Below are positions 1 through 9,000 of a stretch of 64,000 nt of DNA, in pieces. The first letter of the stretch is position 1, and each line of letters begins with the position of its first letter. The position numbers and the translations under genes are program-made. Under the pieces are notes generated by a model. The model was not told the origin of the DNA. It worked only from the letters and a program-made list of their open reading frames with translations, and searched no databases. This DNA is from an uncultured delta proteobacterium (GTDB taxonomy: Bacteria > Desulfobacterota > Binatia > DP-6): NCBI GenBank assembly GCA_963815115.1, contig CAWFFN010000009.1, positions 96,001-160,000 on the forward strand, written 5' to 3'.

Positions 1-146
1 CTGCCTCTGCGGGCCCCGGCGGCGCCCGTGAGGATCGCGCGCTGGCGCTCGATGACCGCCACGAACGCGTCGCCGAGCGATCCGAGCAGGCGCGTGGACC
101 CCTCCACGTCGGTGAAGAGCAGCGTCACGATGCGCGTGTCCTGCAT
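1..146 (-). CDS. 5' end of cyclase-STAND-TPR paralog copy A (continues off the left edge)
   Basis: Reads MQDTRIVTLLFTDVEGSTRLLGSLGDAFVAVIERQRAILTGAAGARRG, nearly identical to the N-termini starting at 4511 and 10531. Confidence 0.9.
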   Translation of the reverse strand, partial: MQDTRIVTLLFTDVEGSTRLLGSLGDAFVAVIERQRAILTGAAGARRG

Positions 147-168
147 CTGGTGCGCGCGGGCGCCGCAA

Positions 169-202
169 GAGGTAGACCACACCATTGCCGGCGCCATCAA
201 GC
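169..202 (-). promoter_or_regulatory. Conserved upstream box of STAND copy A (putative promoter)
   Basis: Minus strand GCTTGATGGCGCCGGCAATGGTGTGGTCTACCTC; recurs at 4534-4567 and 10551-10584; contains a TTGATG -35-like hexamer. Confidence 0.55.
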
Positions 203-315
203 ATCTCGGTGTCGCGTCTCCTCGGCGGGTGATCTGCCGCAGCTCCGCCGTCCGTCCGATGAAGGGCGTGTGGCGCCGACCCGCTGCGCCAGGTTCCCAT
301 CGCCAGGCGAGCTGC

Positions 316-660
316 CTAAACGAATTCCACGCGATTCGCCATCTCGTCTGGGGTTGCCAGCTCCGCGTACAGCGCGAGCCTTCGGATACACTCGCCGAGA
401 CGGAAGCGGTGCAGATCGACGAAGAGCACGCCGGAGTGGTTCAAGCCACGGCGGCTGTGCTCTGCAGCCAATTCGATCAAGTGATGATCGTGCGTGAAGA
501 GGACGGCCCCGAGCGTCTCGGCATGCGCTAGATGCTCGGCGTCGGTCGCGCCGAGCTTCCCCTCTTCGGCCGCGGTCCGAGCGTCTATGCCGCGCCGCCT
601 GAGGCCCTCCGCCACACGAACATCGACGTTCTCATCCAGGTAGATCCGCAAGCCGGCCAA
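316..660 (-). CDS. DUF5615 PIN-like toxin (VapC45-like)
   Basis: LRIYLDENV...GATDAEHL...LFTHDHHL PIN-like motifs; overlaps the DUF433 gene. Confidence 0.85.
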   Translation of the reverse strand: MAGLRIYLDENVDVRVAEGLRRRGIDARTAAEEGKLGATDAEHLAHAETLGAVLFTHDHHLIELAAEHSRRGLNHSGVLFVDLHRFRLGECIRRLALYAELATPDEMANRVEFV

Positions 661-973
661 GCTTCCCCTCCAGCACCGACGACGACCGCCTCCGCTGCCG
701 ACTGGCCTGCCGTACTGCCCTTCTCCACTCCCGATCGAGAACCGCCTTGTTGTCGTAGTAGTGCGACAGCGCCGCGTGAATTTGTGCGAGCGTGAGATGT
801 GGGAGGGCGCTCGCGATCTCCTCGGGGCTCATGCCAAGCAGCTCGTATCGCACGGCCACGTCCATGACCCGCACGCCACTGCCTTCGATGATCGGCGCAC
901 CACCGCGGTTGCCCGGATCGCGGACGATCCGAACCCCCCTCTGCGCCTCGCCCCGTGCTCGCGACTTCGCCAT
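632..973 (-). CDS. DUF433 antitoxin (VapB45-like)
   Basis: IVRDPGNRGGAPIIEGSGVRVMDV...SPEEIASALPHLTLAQIHAALSHYYDN signature. Confidence 0.9.
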   Translation of the reverse strand: MAKSRARGEAQRGVRIVRDPGNRGGAPIIEGSGVRVMDVAVRYELLGMSPEEIASALPHLTLAQIHAALSHYYDNKAVLDREWRRAVRQASRQRRRSSSVLEGKLGRLADLPG

Positions 974-1103
974 TCGCAGCCTACCTGATCCGAAGGCTAC
1001 CACTCTTTCGGACCCCGGCGAAAACCGTACGCCGTGAGGTCAACCGCAGGTTCGGCGACCCCTCGAGCTCCGATTCGAGCCGACCCCGAGACGACCGGGA
1101 CGC

Positions 1104-4100
1104 TCAAAGCTGCCAGGTGACCGGTCGCTCCGGGGTATACGAGCAGAAGACGCCGGTGCGGAGCCCCTTCTCCAGGTGCAGGCCGAGCGCGGGGTGCTCG
1201 GCCCTGATGCGCTCGAGGCTGCGCCGGATCTGGTTCGTGACCGCCTTGCGCCACCGCTCGGCCGGGTCGCCCGCCGTCCGCGGCCGGCCGCCGAGCCCGT
1301 AGGCGGCCGACAGCTCCCGGGTGATCAGGTCGATCTCCTCGCGTGCCCGGGCCGCCCGGCCGAGGTCCCCGCCGGCGGTCGCCTCTGCGAGCTCCTCGCG
1401 CAGGTCGTCGAGGCGCCGCTTGTACTCGGCGCGTGCGCGGGGATCGAGCACGGTCCCGAGGTCACCCTCCGCCCCCGAACGCGGCGCGGCCTCCGCGTCG
1501 TCGGCTGCGCCCAGCGCCACCAGGTCGCCAACGTGGACCTCCGCGCCGGGGGCCGCGAGCAGGCGCGCGATGTAGTGGAGGCCCTTGGTGTCCCGCAGGC
1601 GGAGGGTCCGGCCGGCGTACGCCAGCGTCCAGAACTCGCCCTCGGGGAAAAATATCCCCGCGTCGTCGGAAGGCGTTGGCGCCGGCGCAGGCGGCGCTTC
1701 TCCTGCGGCTTCGCTGCCGCCGCCCGCTGACGTAACAGCCAGCGCCAGCTCCTCATCGAGGACCCGCAGGGCCAGGTCGGCAGCCCGCTCGAGCGACAGG
1801 CTCTGCCCGGCGATGAGGTGTTCGTCGAACCCAGCGTCCACCACAGAGGCGAGCGGTGTGAGGCCGCAGCCTGACACCACCTGGCCAATGAGCGGGCGCC
1901 ACGGCAGCACGTGTTCGTGCGTGCGAGGGAGCCGCAGGTACACGGCCTCCAGGGCTCCCAACAACGTCGCTACCTCGCGAGCACGCCCTCGGTGGTCGAG
2001 GACATGCGCGGCCAGCTCGACGGCGAGAGTCATCCGCTCGCCCGATCCGCTGTCGCGCGCCAGAAGGAGTGCCTCGCGCAGCGGCCCGAGCGCCCGAGCG
2101 TCGTCTCTGCTCTCGAGCGCGAGGTGAGCCCTCATCGTGAGGATCAGAGCACGCTGCAAGCGGTCGCCCGTTTGCTCGTAGGCGGCGGCGGCTTCCCCGA
2201 ACAGGCGCTCCGCGTCTGTGGGCTTCCCCCGCCTTGCCGCCAGCAGCGCCAGCAGCCGCCGCGACTCGGCGACGACTTGGAGCACCCCCGATCTGGTGCC
2301 GACCTGGAGCGCCTCGGTGGCTCGACTCGCCGCCCCATCCAGATCGCCGGCCTTGAATTTCTCCTCCGCGAGAAAGCTGAGCACCCAGCCGATGCCGGCG
2401 GGCTCGTCGATCTCGCGGAAGATACGCAAGGCGTCCTCGAACCAGGCGGCAGGCGGCCGCGCATCGACATCGATGACCCAGGCGGCACGTCCCATGACGT
2501 GCAAGGCCCAGCCCTCCAACTCGCGTGCACCGACCGCCCTGGAGATGGCGAGCGCCTCCCGCAGGTGCACGAGCGCCTGGTCATAGTCGAGCGCACTCTC
2601 TGCCAGCATCCCCGCCTCCAACAGCGCCCCTGCCCGGATCAGCTCGGGTGCTCCGGGGGCAGCCTCGAGCGCACGCACGGCCCACGAGTAGGCGTCCGGC
2701 TGGCCCGTCGTGAACCACGAGTAGCCGAGCGCGGCGGCGATGCGGAGCGCGGCCTCGGCATCGACGCCGGCCAGCGCGCTCTCCATCGCCTGGCGGACGT
2801 TGTCCTGCTCGTCGCGGAGCCGCGCGCTCCAACGGCGCTGCTCGCGCATGAAACCGCTCCCGGCCTCCACCGCCAGCGCAACGACCCACTCGAGGTGCCG
2901 CCGCACGACCCGGTCGCGCTCGCCGGCCTCGCGCAGCCGTTCGGCCGCGTACTGGCGGACCGGCTCGAGCATCCGCAGACGCGGCTCGGCGCGGTCGTGG
3001 TCGATCGCGACCAGCGACCTGCTCGCCAGGCGCTCGACCGCGTCGGCCACCGCGGCGCGCTCCACGCCGTCCCCATAGGCGACCTGCTCGGCAGCGTCGA
3101 GCGTGAAGCCACCCGCGAAGACCGAGAGCCGCCGGAAGACGATCTGCTCGTCGGGGGCGAGCAGCTGATGGCTCCAGTCGAGGGTGGCCCGCATCGTCTG
3201 CTGGCGATCGGGACGGCTGCGCCCGCCGTGGGTGAGCAGCTCCAGCTGCTCCCCGAGGCGGGCGGCCACCTGCTCCGGGCTGAGCGTGCGCAGCCGTGCG
3301 GCGGCCAGCTCGATGGCGAGCGGAAGCCCCGCGAGCTCCGCGCAGATCCTGGCCAGCGCTGCGGCGTTGCCGTCGGTGAGCCGGAAGCCCGGCCGCACGT
3401 CACCGCCACGCTCGATCAGGAGCCGGACGGCACCGTATTCGGCCAGCCGGTCGAGCGACTCCAGCGCATCCGGATCGGGCCGGTCGAGCGGCGGGACGGG
3501 TCGCTCGACCTCCCCGGGCAGGCGCAGCGGCTCCCGGCTGGTCGCCAGCACGTGCAGTTGGGCGCACGCCAGCAGCAGCTCGCTCACGAGAGCGGCCACC
3601 GCGGCGACGACGTGCTCGCAGTTGTCGAGTACGAGGAGGAGGTCGCGTTCGGCCAGCGAGGCGCACAGGAACTCGCTCGCCGACCTGCCGGCGGTGGGCT
3701 CGCGCATGCCGAGCGCCCCGAGCACGGCCTCGGGCACCAGCGCGTCGGTGCGGAGGCCCGCCAGCTCGACCAGGCACACGCCGTCGTGATGCTGATCCTC
3801 GACGCGCCTCACGGCCTCCAGCGCGAGACGCGTCTTGCCCGAGCCCCCGGCGCCCGTGAGCGTGACGAGCCGTCGGGACGCGAGGAGATCAACCAGCTCA
3901 CGCAGCTCCTGCTCGCGCCCCACGAACGAGGTCGTCGGCGCCGGCAGGTGGCTCACGCCGTTCGTCGCGGTGTTCAGGGCCGGGAACGACCTCAGGATAC
4001 CCTCGGCGACGGCCTGGTGGAGACGAACCGGCCGGACGATGTCGCGCAACCGATGCGTTCCCAGGTCGAGCAGCGAGATGTCCGGCGCAAGCTGCGCGAT

Positions 4101-4511
4101 GAGACCGACCGCCGCTTCCGAGACGACGATCTGCCCCCCGTGCGTGACAGCGAGGATCCGAGACGCCTGATGCAGGGCCATCCCGAACAGCTCGTCGCCC
4201 ACCTCGGCGACCTCGCCAGCGTGGACCGCCATCCGGATCCGGACGGACGTCCCGCCCGGCCAGGGCTCTGCCGCCAGCCTGCGCTGGGCCTCGACGGCTG
4301 CTGTCAGCGCGTCACCGGCCGAACCGAAGACGAACGCGCAGCCGTCGCCGCCGGTGGGATATCCGCTGCCCCTGCGGGCCCCGGCGGCGCCCGTGAGGAT
4401 CGCGCGCTGGCGCTCGATCACACCCACGAAGGCATCGCCGAGCGACCCGAGGAGCCGCGTGGAGGCCTCCACGTCGGTGAAGAGCAGCGTCACGATGCGC
4501 GTGTCCTGCAT
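1104..4511 (-). CDS. Class III nucleotide cyclase / STAND (NB-ARC-like) ATPase / TPR / C-terminal putative DNA-binding domain protein, copy B (intact, ~1135 aa)
   Basis: TLLFTDVE..ST and GDG cyclase motifs; Walker A GAGGSGKT; Walker B LLVLDNCEH; GLPLAIELAAAR; TPR-like helices; C-terminal GEFWTLAYAG..KGLHYIARLL..RKAVT..IRR..GVFCSY domain. Confidence 0.9.
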   Translation of the reverse strand: MQDTRIVTLLFTDVEASTRLLGSLGDAFVGVIERQRAILTGAAGARRGSGYPTGGDGCAFVFGSAGDALTAAVEAQRRLAAEPWPGGTSVRIRMAVHAGEVAEVGDELFGMALHQASRILAVTHGGQIVVSEAAVGLIAQLAPDISLLDLGTHRLRDIVRPVRLHQAVAEGILRSFPALNTATNGVSHLPAPTTSFVGREQELRELVDLLASRRLVTLTGAGGSGKTRLALEAVRRVEDQHHDGVCLVELAGLRTDALVPEAVLGALGMREPTAGRSASEFLCASLAERDLLLVLDNCEHVVAAVAALVSELLLACAQLHVLATSREPLRLPGEVERPVPPLDRPDPDALESLDRLAEYGAVRLLIERGGDVRPGFRLTDGNAAALARICAELAGLPLAIELAAARLRTLSPEQVAARLGEQLELLTHGGRSRPDRQQTMRATLDWSHQLLAPDEQIVFRRLSVFAGGFTLDAAEQVAYGDGVERAAVADAVERLASRSLVAIDHDRAEPRLRMLEPVRQYAAERLREAGERDRVVRRHLEWVVALAVEAGSGFMREQRRWSARLRDEQDNVRQAMESALAGVDAEAALRIAAALGYSWFTTGQPDAYSWAVRALEAAPGAPELIRAGALLEAGMLAESALDYDQALVHLREALAISRAVGARELEGWALHVMGRAAWVIDVDARPPAAWFEDALRIFREIDEPAGIGWVLSFLAEEKFKAGDLDGAASRATEALQVGTRSGVLQVVAESRRLLALLAARRGKPTDAERLFGEAAAAYEQTGDRLQRALILTMRAHLALESRDDARALGPLREALLLARDSGSGERMTLAVELAAHVLDHRGRAREVATLLGALEAVYLRLPRTHEHVLPWRPLIGQVVSGCGLTPLASVVDAGFDEHLIAGQSLSLERAADLALRVLDEELALAVTSAGGGSEAAGEAPPAPAPTPSDDAGIFFPEGEFWTLAYAGRTLRLRDTKGLHYIARLLAAPGAEVHVGDLVALGAADDAEAAPRSGAEGDLGTVLDPRARAEYKRRLDDLREELAEATAGGDLGRAARAREEIDLITRELSAAYGLGGRPRTAGDPAERWRKAVTNQIRRSLERIRAEHPALGLHLEKGLRTGVFCSYTPERPVTWQL

Positions 4512-4533
4512 CTGGTGCGCGCGGGCGCCGCAG

Positions 4534-4567
4534 GAGGTAGACCACATCTTCTCCGGCGCCATCAAGC
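4534..4567 (-). promoter_or_regulatory. Conserved upstream box of STAND copy B
   Basis: Same 34-bp box as 169-202 with a few substitutions; homology between copies ends here. Confidence 0.55.
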
Positions 4568-4681
4568 GTCGCCGTCGACTCGGCGAGAGCGAAGCGCGGG
4601 TCGGCGCCGCGGTGTCAGTGGAAGGATTCGCTTCGGTGGGACGCACGCGTGCCTGGTCTTGCTTGCTGGCCCAGCAAGACG

Positions 4682-4700
4682 TATGGCACGAGGAGCCATA
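4682..4700. promoter_or_regulatory. Inverted repeat over the RBS/start of the DUF6516 TA operon (putative operator)
   Basis: TATGGC-N7-GCCATA, with a CTTGCTGG-C-CCAGCAAG inverted repeat just upstream. Confidence 0.45.
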
Positions 4701-5000
4701 TGCCGAAGGCCACGCAGGTCTTCCACGAGAAGATCCGGACGGCTGATGGCGTGGTCGTGGAGTTCAAGGTCTGGCGAGTGACCAGGTCGGTGCACTACCC
4801 GGAAGGGTTCCGTTACTCCTTCTTCGCGATCCGCGACAGCGTCGTTCTCGTCGGCTACGACAATCACAGCCCGAAGGGGCACCACCGGCACGGTCAGGGG
4901 CAAGCAAGAGCGGTACGAGTTCGAGGGACTCGAGAAGCTGCGAGCGGACTTCACCAGGGATCTCGAGAGAGCCCGCATGACACGTACAAACGGAGAGTGA
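4700..5000 (+). CDS. DUF6516 (TumE-like) toxin with a 1-nt insertion near 4892
   Basis: YPEGFRYSFF..GYDNHSPKGHHRH; removing one G restores VRGKQERYEFEGLEKLRADF..TGA at 4998-5000. Confidence 0.8.
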
Positions 5001-5002
5001 CC

Positions 5003-5374
5003 ATGGCGCTGAAGACCATTCGAGTGCGGATCAAGTCCGTCGAGCAGGCGCTCGATGATGCGATCGGAGCGATTCGCGCGATCCAGTCGAAGAAGCGGGT
5101 CGCGAAGCGGCGCGGCGAGTACTTCGAGAGCCTCGAGGCAATACGCGCCGCGCTGACGGAGAAGCGGCTGGCTCTCGTGCGTTTGGTGCGCGAGCGCAAA
5201 CCCGCGTCGGTCGCCGAGCTGGCGCGCCTGGCGAGGCGCGACTTCAAGTCCGTCTACCGGGACGTGGAAGCGTTGCGCGGCCTAGGGCTCATCAGGACCG
5301 GTGCGACGAGACGCGGCGTCTCGAGTCCCCTGCGAAGCGATGCCACCGAGATTGTTCTCAGAATCGCGGTGTGA
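5003..5374 (+). CDS. HVO_A0114-like HTH antitoxin (TumA-like)
   Basis: FESLEAIRAALTEKRLALV..PASVAELARLARRDFKSVYRDVEALRGLGLI winged HTH; directly follows the DUF6516 gene. Confidence 0.85.
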   Translation: MALKTIRVRIKSVEQALDDAIGAIRAIQSKKRVAKRRGEYFESLEAIRAALTEKRLALVRLVRERKPASVAELARLARRDFKSVYRDVEALRGLGLIRTGATRRGVSSPLRSDATEIVLRIAV

Positions 5375-5376
5375 AC

Positions 5377-7264
5377 TCAGAGCCGCCAGGTGACTGGCCG
5401 CTCCGGGGTATACGAGCAGAAGACGCCGGTGCGGAGCCCCTTCTCGAGGTGCAGGCCGAGCGCGGGGTGCTCCGCCCGGATGCGCTCGAGGCTGCGCCGG
5501 ATCTGGTTCGTGACCGCCTTGCGCCACCGCTCGGCCGGGTCGCCCACCGTCCGTGGCCGGCCGCCGAGGCCGTAGGCCGCCGATAGCTCCCTGGTGATCA
5601 CCTCGATCTCGTCGCGTGCCCCGGCCGCCCGAACGAGGTCCCCGCCGGCGGTCGCCTCTACGAGCTCGTTCTGCAGGTCGTCCAGCCGCCGCTTGTACTC
5701 GGCGCGCGCACGCGGATCGAGCACGGTCCCGAGGTCACCCTGCGCGACAGACCGTGGCGTGTCCTCCGCGCCGTCGGCGGCGCCCGCACCGAGCGCCACG
5801 AGGTCACCGACGTGGACCTCCGCGCCAGGGTCGGCGAGTAGGCGCGCGATGTAGTGCAGCCCCTTCGTGTCCCGCAGGCGGAAGGTCTTGCCCGCGTACG
5901 CCAGCGTCCAGTACTCGCCCTCGCGGCAAAAGATACCCGCGTCGCCGGAAGGCGTTTCCGCCGGCGCCGCCGGCGCCTCTCCTGCTGCTTCGCTGCCGCC
6001 CGCCGGCTTGGTCGCCAGCGCCAGTTCCTCGTCGAGGACGCGCAGCGCCAGGTCAGCGGCCCGCTCGAGCGAGAGGCTCCGCCCGGCGACGCGGTGCTCG
6101 TCGAACCCCGCGGACACCACCGACGCGAGCGCTTCGAAGCCAGTGCCAGATACCGACTGGGTGACGCCTGCCCGCCACGGGAGCGACCGCATCCATTCTA
6201 TCCTGCGAGGGAGCCGCAGGTTGACCGCCTCCACGGCCCCCACCAACGTCGCCACTTCACGTGCACGCCCGCGGTGGTCGAAGACATGCGCGGTCAGCTC
6301 GACGGCGTAAACCATTCGCTCGCCCGACCCGCTGTCGCGGGCAAGGCGGAGCGCCTGACGCAGCGGCCCGAGCGCCCGGGCGTCGTCCCCGCAATTGAAC
6401 GCGACGTGAGCCGTCATGGTGAGGATCAGCGCAAGCTGCCAGCGGTTGCCCGCCTCCTCGTGTGCGGCGGCGGCTTCCGCGAGCAGTCGTTCCGCGTCGG
6501 CGTGCTGCCCCCGTTCTTCCGCCACCGCCGCAAGCATCCGCCGCGACTCGGCCACGACCTGGAGGAGCCCCGACCTGGTGCCGAGATCGAACGCCTCGGT
6601 GGCGCGACTCGCCGCCCCCTCCAGATCTCCGTCCTTCCATTGCTCCTCCGCCAGACAGCCGAGTATCGAGCCGATGCCGGCGGGCTCATTGATCTCGCGG
6701 AAGATGCGCAAGGCGTCCTCGAACCAGGCAGCGGCCGGCCGCGCATCGACATCGATGGCCCCGGCGGCACGTCCCATGGCCATCAGCACCCACGCCTCTC
6801 CGCGGCGGCCGCCGACCCGCCGGAAGAGCTCGAGCGCCTCCCGGAGGTGCACCAGCGCGCAATTATAGTCGAGTGCGTTCTCCGCCAGGAGCCCCGCCCC
6901 GTACACCGCCCGTGCTCGCAGCCAGTCGGGTGCACCGGTGGCCGCGTCGAGGGCGCGCACGACCCACGCGCGCGCGTCCGGCTGCCCCATCGAGAACCAC
7001 GGGTGCCCGAGCGCGGCGGCGATGCGCAGCGCGGCCTCGGGATCGACCCCGGCGAGCGCGCTCTCGATCGCCTGGCGGACGTTTTCCTGCTCGTCGCGGA
7101 GCCGCGCGCTCCAACGGCGCTGCTCGCGCATGAACCCACTCCCGGCCTTCACCGCGAACGAGACCACCCACTCCAGATGTCGCCGCACGACCCGGTCGCG
7201 CTCGCCGGCCTCGCGCAGCCGTTCGGCCGCGTACTGGCGGACCGGCTCGAGCATGCGCAGCCGC
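5377..7264 (-). pseudogene. 3' part (TPR + C-terminal domain) of STAND copy C, separated by the IS3 insertion; 625-aa ORF from ATG 7254
   Basis: Colinear with the C-terminal half of copy B. Confidence 0.88.
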
Positions 7265-7339
7265 CCCCCTGTGCCAATGAACGTGAGAGAGGAGGCGATC
7301 CGAATTTAGTGTACGAGGGGACGGAGGAAGGCGAGCGAG

Positions 7340-7819
7340 GTGGGAGTGAAGGTGAGGGATGGCGGGGGATCAGGAAGCGCGCCCGGAACGGAAGGAGCCC
7401 GTAGGGCGACTGAAGTTGCGGGCGCGCCGGCGCCGACGGGCCGCAAGGATCCGGAGGTTCCGGCGAAGGCGCAGCGGCGCCGGTTCACGGCCGAGTACAA
7501 GCGACAGCTCCTGGCCGAGGCCGACGGGTGTCGCGAGCCGGGGGAGATCGGGGCGCTGCTGCGACGCGAGGGGCTCTACACGTCGCATCTGAGCGTGTGG
7601 CGTCAGCAGCGCGAGGCGGGGGCGTTGGTCGGGCTGGCGGGGCACGCGCGCGGGCGCAAGGCGGTGGCGCATCCGTTGGCGAAGCGACTCGCCGGGATGG
7701 AGCGGGAGAACGCGCGGCTGCGGGAGGAGCTGCGCAAGGCGCACGTGATCATCGACGTTCAAAAAAAAGTCTCACAGTTGCTGGGGCTGCCGCCGAGCGA
7801 CGAGGAGGTCGGGAGCTGA
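7340..7819 (+). CDS. IS3 transposase OrfA (HTH)
   Basis: RRRFTAEYKRQLLAEAD..GALLRREGLYTSHLSVWR plus coiled coil; A8G slippery site at 7761-7769. Confidence 0.88.
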   Translation: MGVKVRDGGGSGSAPGTEGARRATEVAGAPAPTGRKDPEVPAKAQRRRFTAEYKRQLLAEADGCREPGEIGALLRREGLYTSHLSVWRQQREAGALVGLAGHARGRKAVAHPLAKRLAGMERENARLREELRKAHVIIDVQKKVSQLLGLPPSDEEVGS

Positions 7820-8961
7820 TGGCGACGGCGCAGACGTTGGCCGACGCCGTGGGGGTCCAGGCCGCCTGTGGGGCGTTGGGTCTGGCCCCGGCAAGTTTTT
7901 ACCGGTGGCGGCGACCATGTTCGGAGACGGCGGTTCGATCGCGGCCGCCGCTGGCATTGTCCGAAATCGAGGAGGCTGCCGTTCTCGACGTGCTGCATTC
8001 GGAACGGTTCATCGACCAGGCTCCGGCGGAGGTGTACGCGACGTTGCTCGAGGAGGGAACCTACCACTGCTCGCTGCGGACGATGTACCGGATTCTCGAT
8101 CGGCACGGGGAAGTCCGCGAGCGGCGCAACCAGCTGCGCCACCCGGTGGCGACGCGGCCCGAGCTCCTGGCGACGGGACCGAACCAGGTGTGGTCGTGGG
8201 ACATCACGAAGCTCAAGGGGCCGGCGAAGTGGACGTACTTCTACCTCTACGTGCTGCTCGACATCTTCAGCCGCTACGTGGTGGGGTGGCTCTTGGCGGA
8301 TCGAGAGTCGGCGACGTTGGCGCGCCGCTTGATCAAGGAGAGCTGCGAGAAGGAGGGGATCGCGGAGGCGGTCCTGACGCTGCACTCCGACCGCGGGCCG
8401 GCGATGACGTCGAAGACGGTGGGCCAGCTGTTGGCCGACCTGTCGATCACGCGGAGCCTGACGCGACCGTACACCAGCAACGACAATCCGTTTTCGGAGT
8501 CGCAGTTTCGCACGTTGAAGTCGCGTCCGGAGTTTCCCGAGCGATTCGGGTCGCAGCAGGACGCCCTGGGATTCCTGCGGCGATTCTTCCCCTGGTACAA
8601 CGAAGAGCATCGGCACAGCGGGATCGGGTTCCTGACGCCGGTGAGCGTGCACAGCGGGACGGCCCTGGCGATCGTGGCACGACGGGGGGAAACGCTCGCG
8701 GCGGCATTCGCGGCTCATCCCGAACGCTTCAAGGGGAAGACACCGCGGGTGCAACAGCCCCCGACGGAAGTGTGGATCAATCCGCCGGCCCTCGACCGCA
8801 ATGGCGTTCCGAGCCCGCGATCGCGAAGAAACGTCGCGCTCAGAGCCCCGCAGACGCCCGCAACGGAGCCGGTCCAAGGTCCAGGTACCCCCCAAGTCTC
8901 GATGCTCGTGGCTGCGGACGACCTCCTGCTCGCGGAGCTCGACGTCGCGGCGGGACAGTAA
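7819..8961 (+). CDS. IS3 transposase OrfB (rve DDE)
   Basis: PNQVWSWDITKL, LHSDRG, NDNPFSESQFRTLK, WYNEEHRHSGI; -1 frame relative to orfA, TGATG overlap. Confidence 0.93.
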   Translation: MATAQTLADAVGVQAACGALGLAPASFYRWRRPCSETAVRSRPPLALSEIEEAAVLDVLHSERFIDQAPAEVYATLLEEGTYHCSLRTMYRILDRHGEVRERRNQLRHPVATRPELLATGPNQVWSWDITKLKGPAKWTYFYLYVLLDIFSRYVVGWLLADRESATLARRLIKESCEKEGIAEAVLTLHSDRGPAMTSKTVGQLLADLSITRSLTRPYTSNDNPFSESQFRTLKSRPEFPERFGSQQDALGFLRRFFPWYNEEHRHSGIGFLTPVSVHSGTALAIVARRGETLAAAFAAHPERFKGKTPRVQQPPTEVWINPPALDRNGVPSPRSRRNVALRAPQTPATEPVQGPGTPQVSMLVAADDLLLAELDVAAGQ

Positions 8962-9000
8962 TTTCACCATGCCCCTCTCTCATCTCATTGACACGCGCCG

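Larger units (their letters stand above)
7265..9000 (+). mobile_element. IS3-family insertion sequence (~1.74 kb)
   Basis: orfA/orfB pair; imperfect subterminal inverted repeats TGCCAATGAACGTGAGAGAGG / CCTCTCTCATCTCATTGACA; the host gene rejoins in frame across the element (GC dinucleotide on both sides). Confidence 0.9.

Noticed and set aside
1-210. Copy A matches copy B at some sites and copy C at others (gene conversion?)
   Set aside because: With three sequences this is equally explained by private mutations in B and C; an outgroup is needed.
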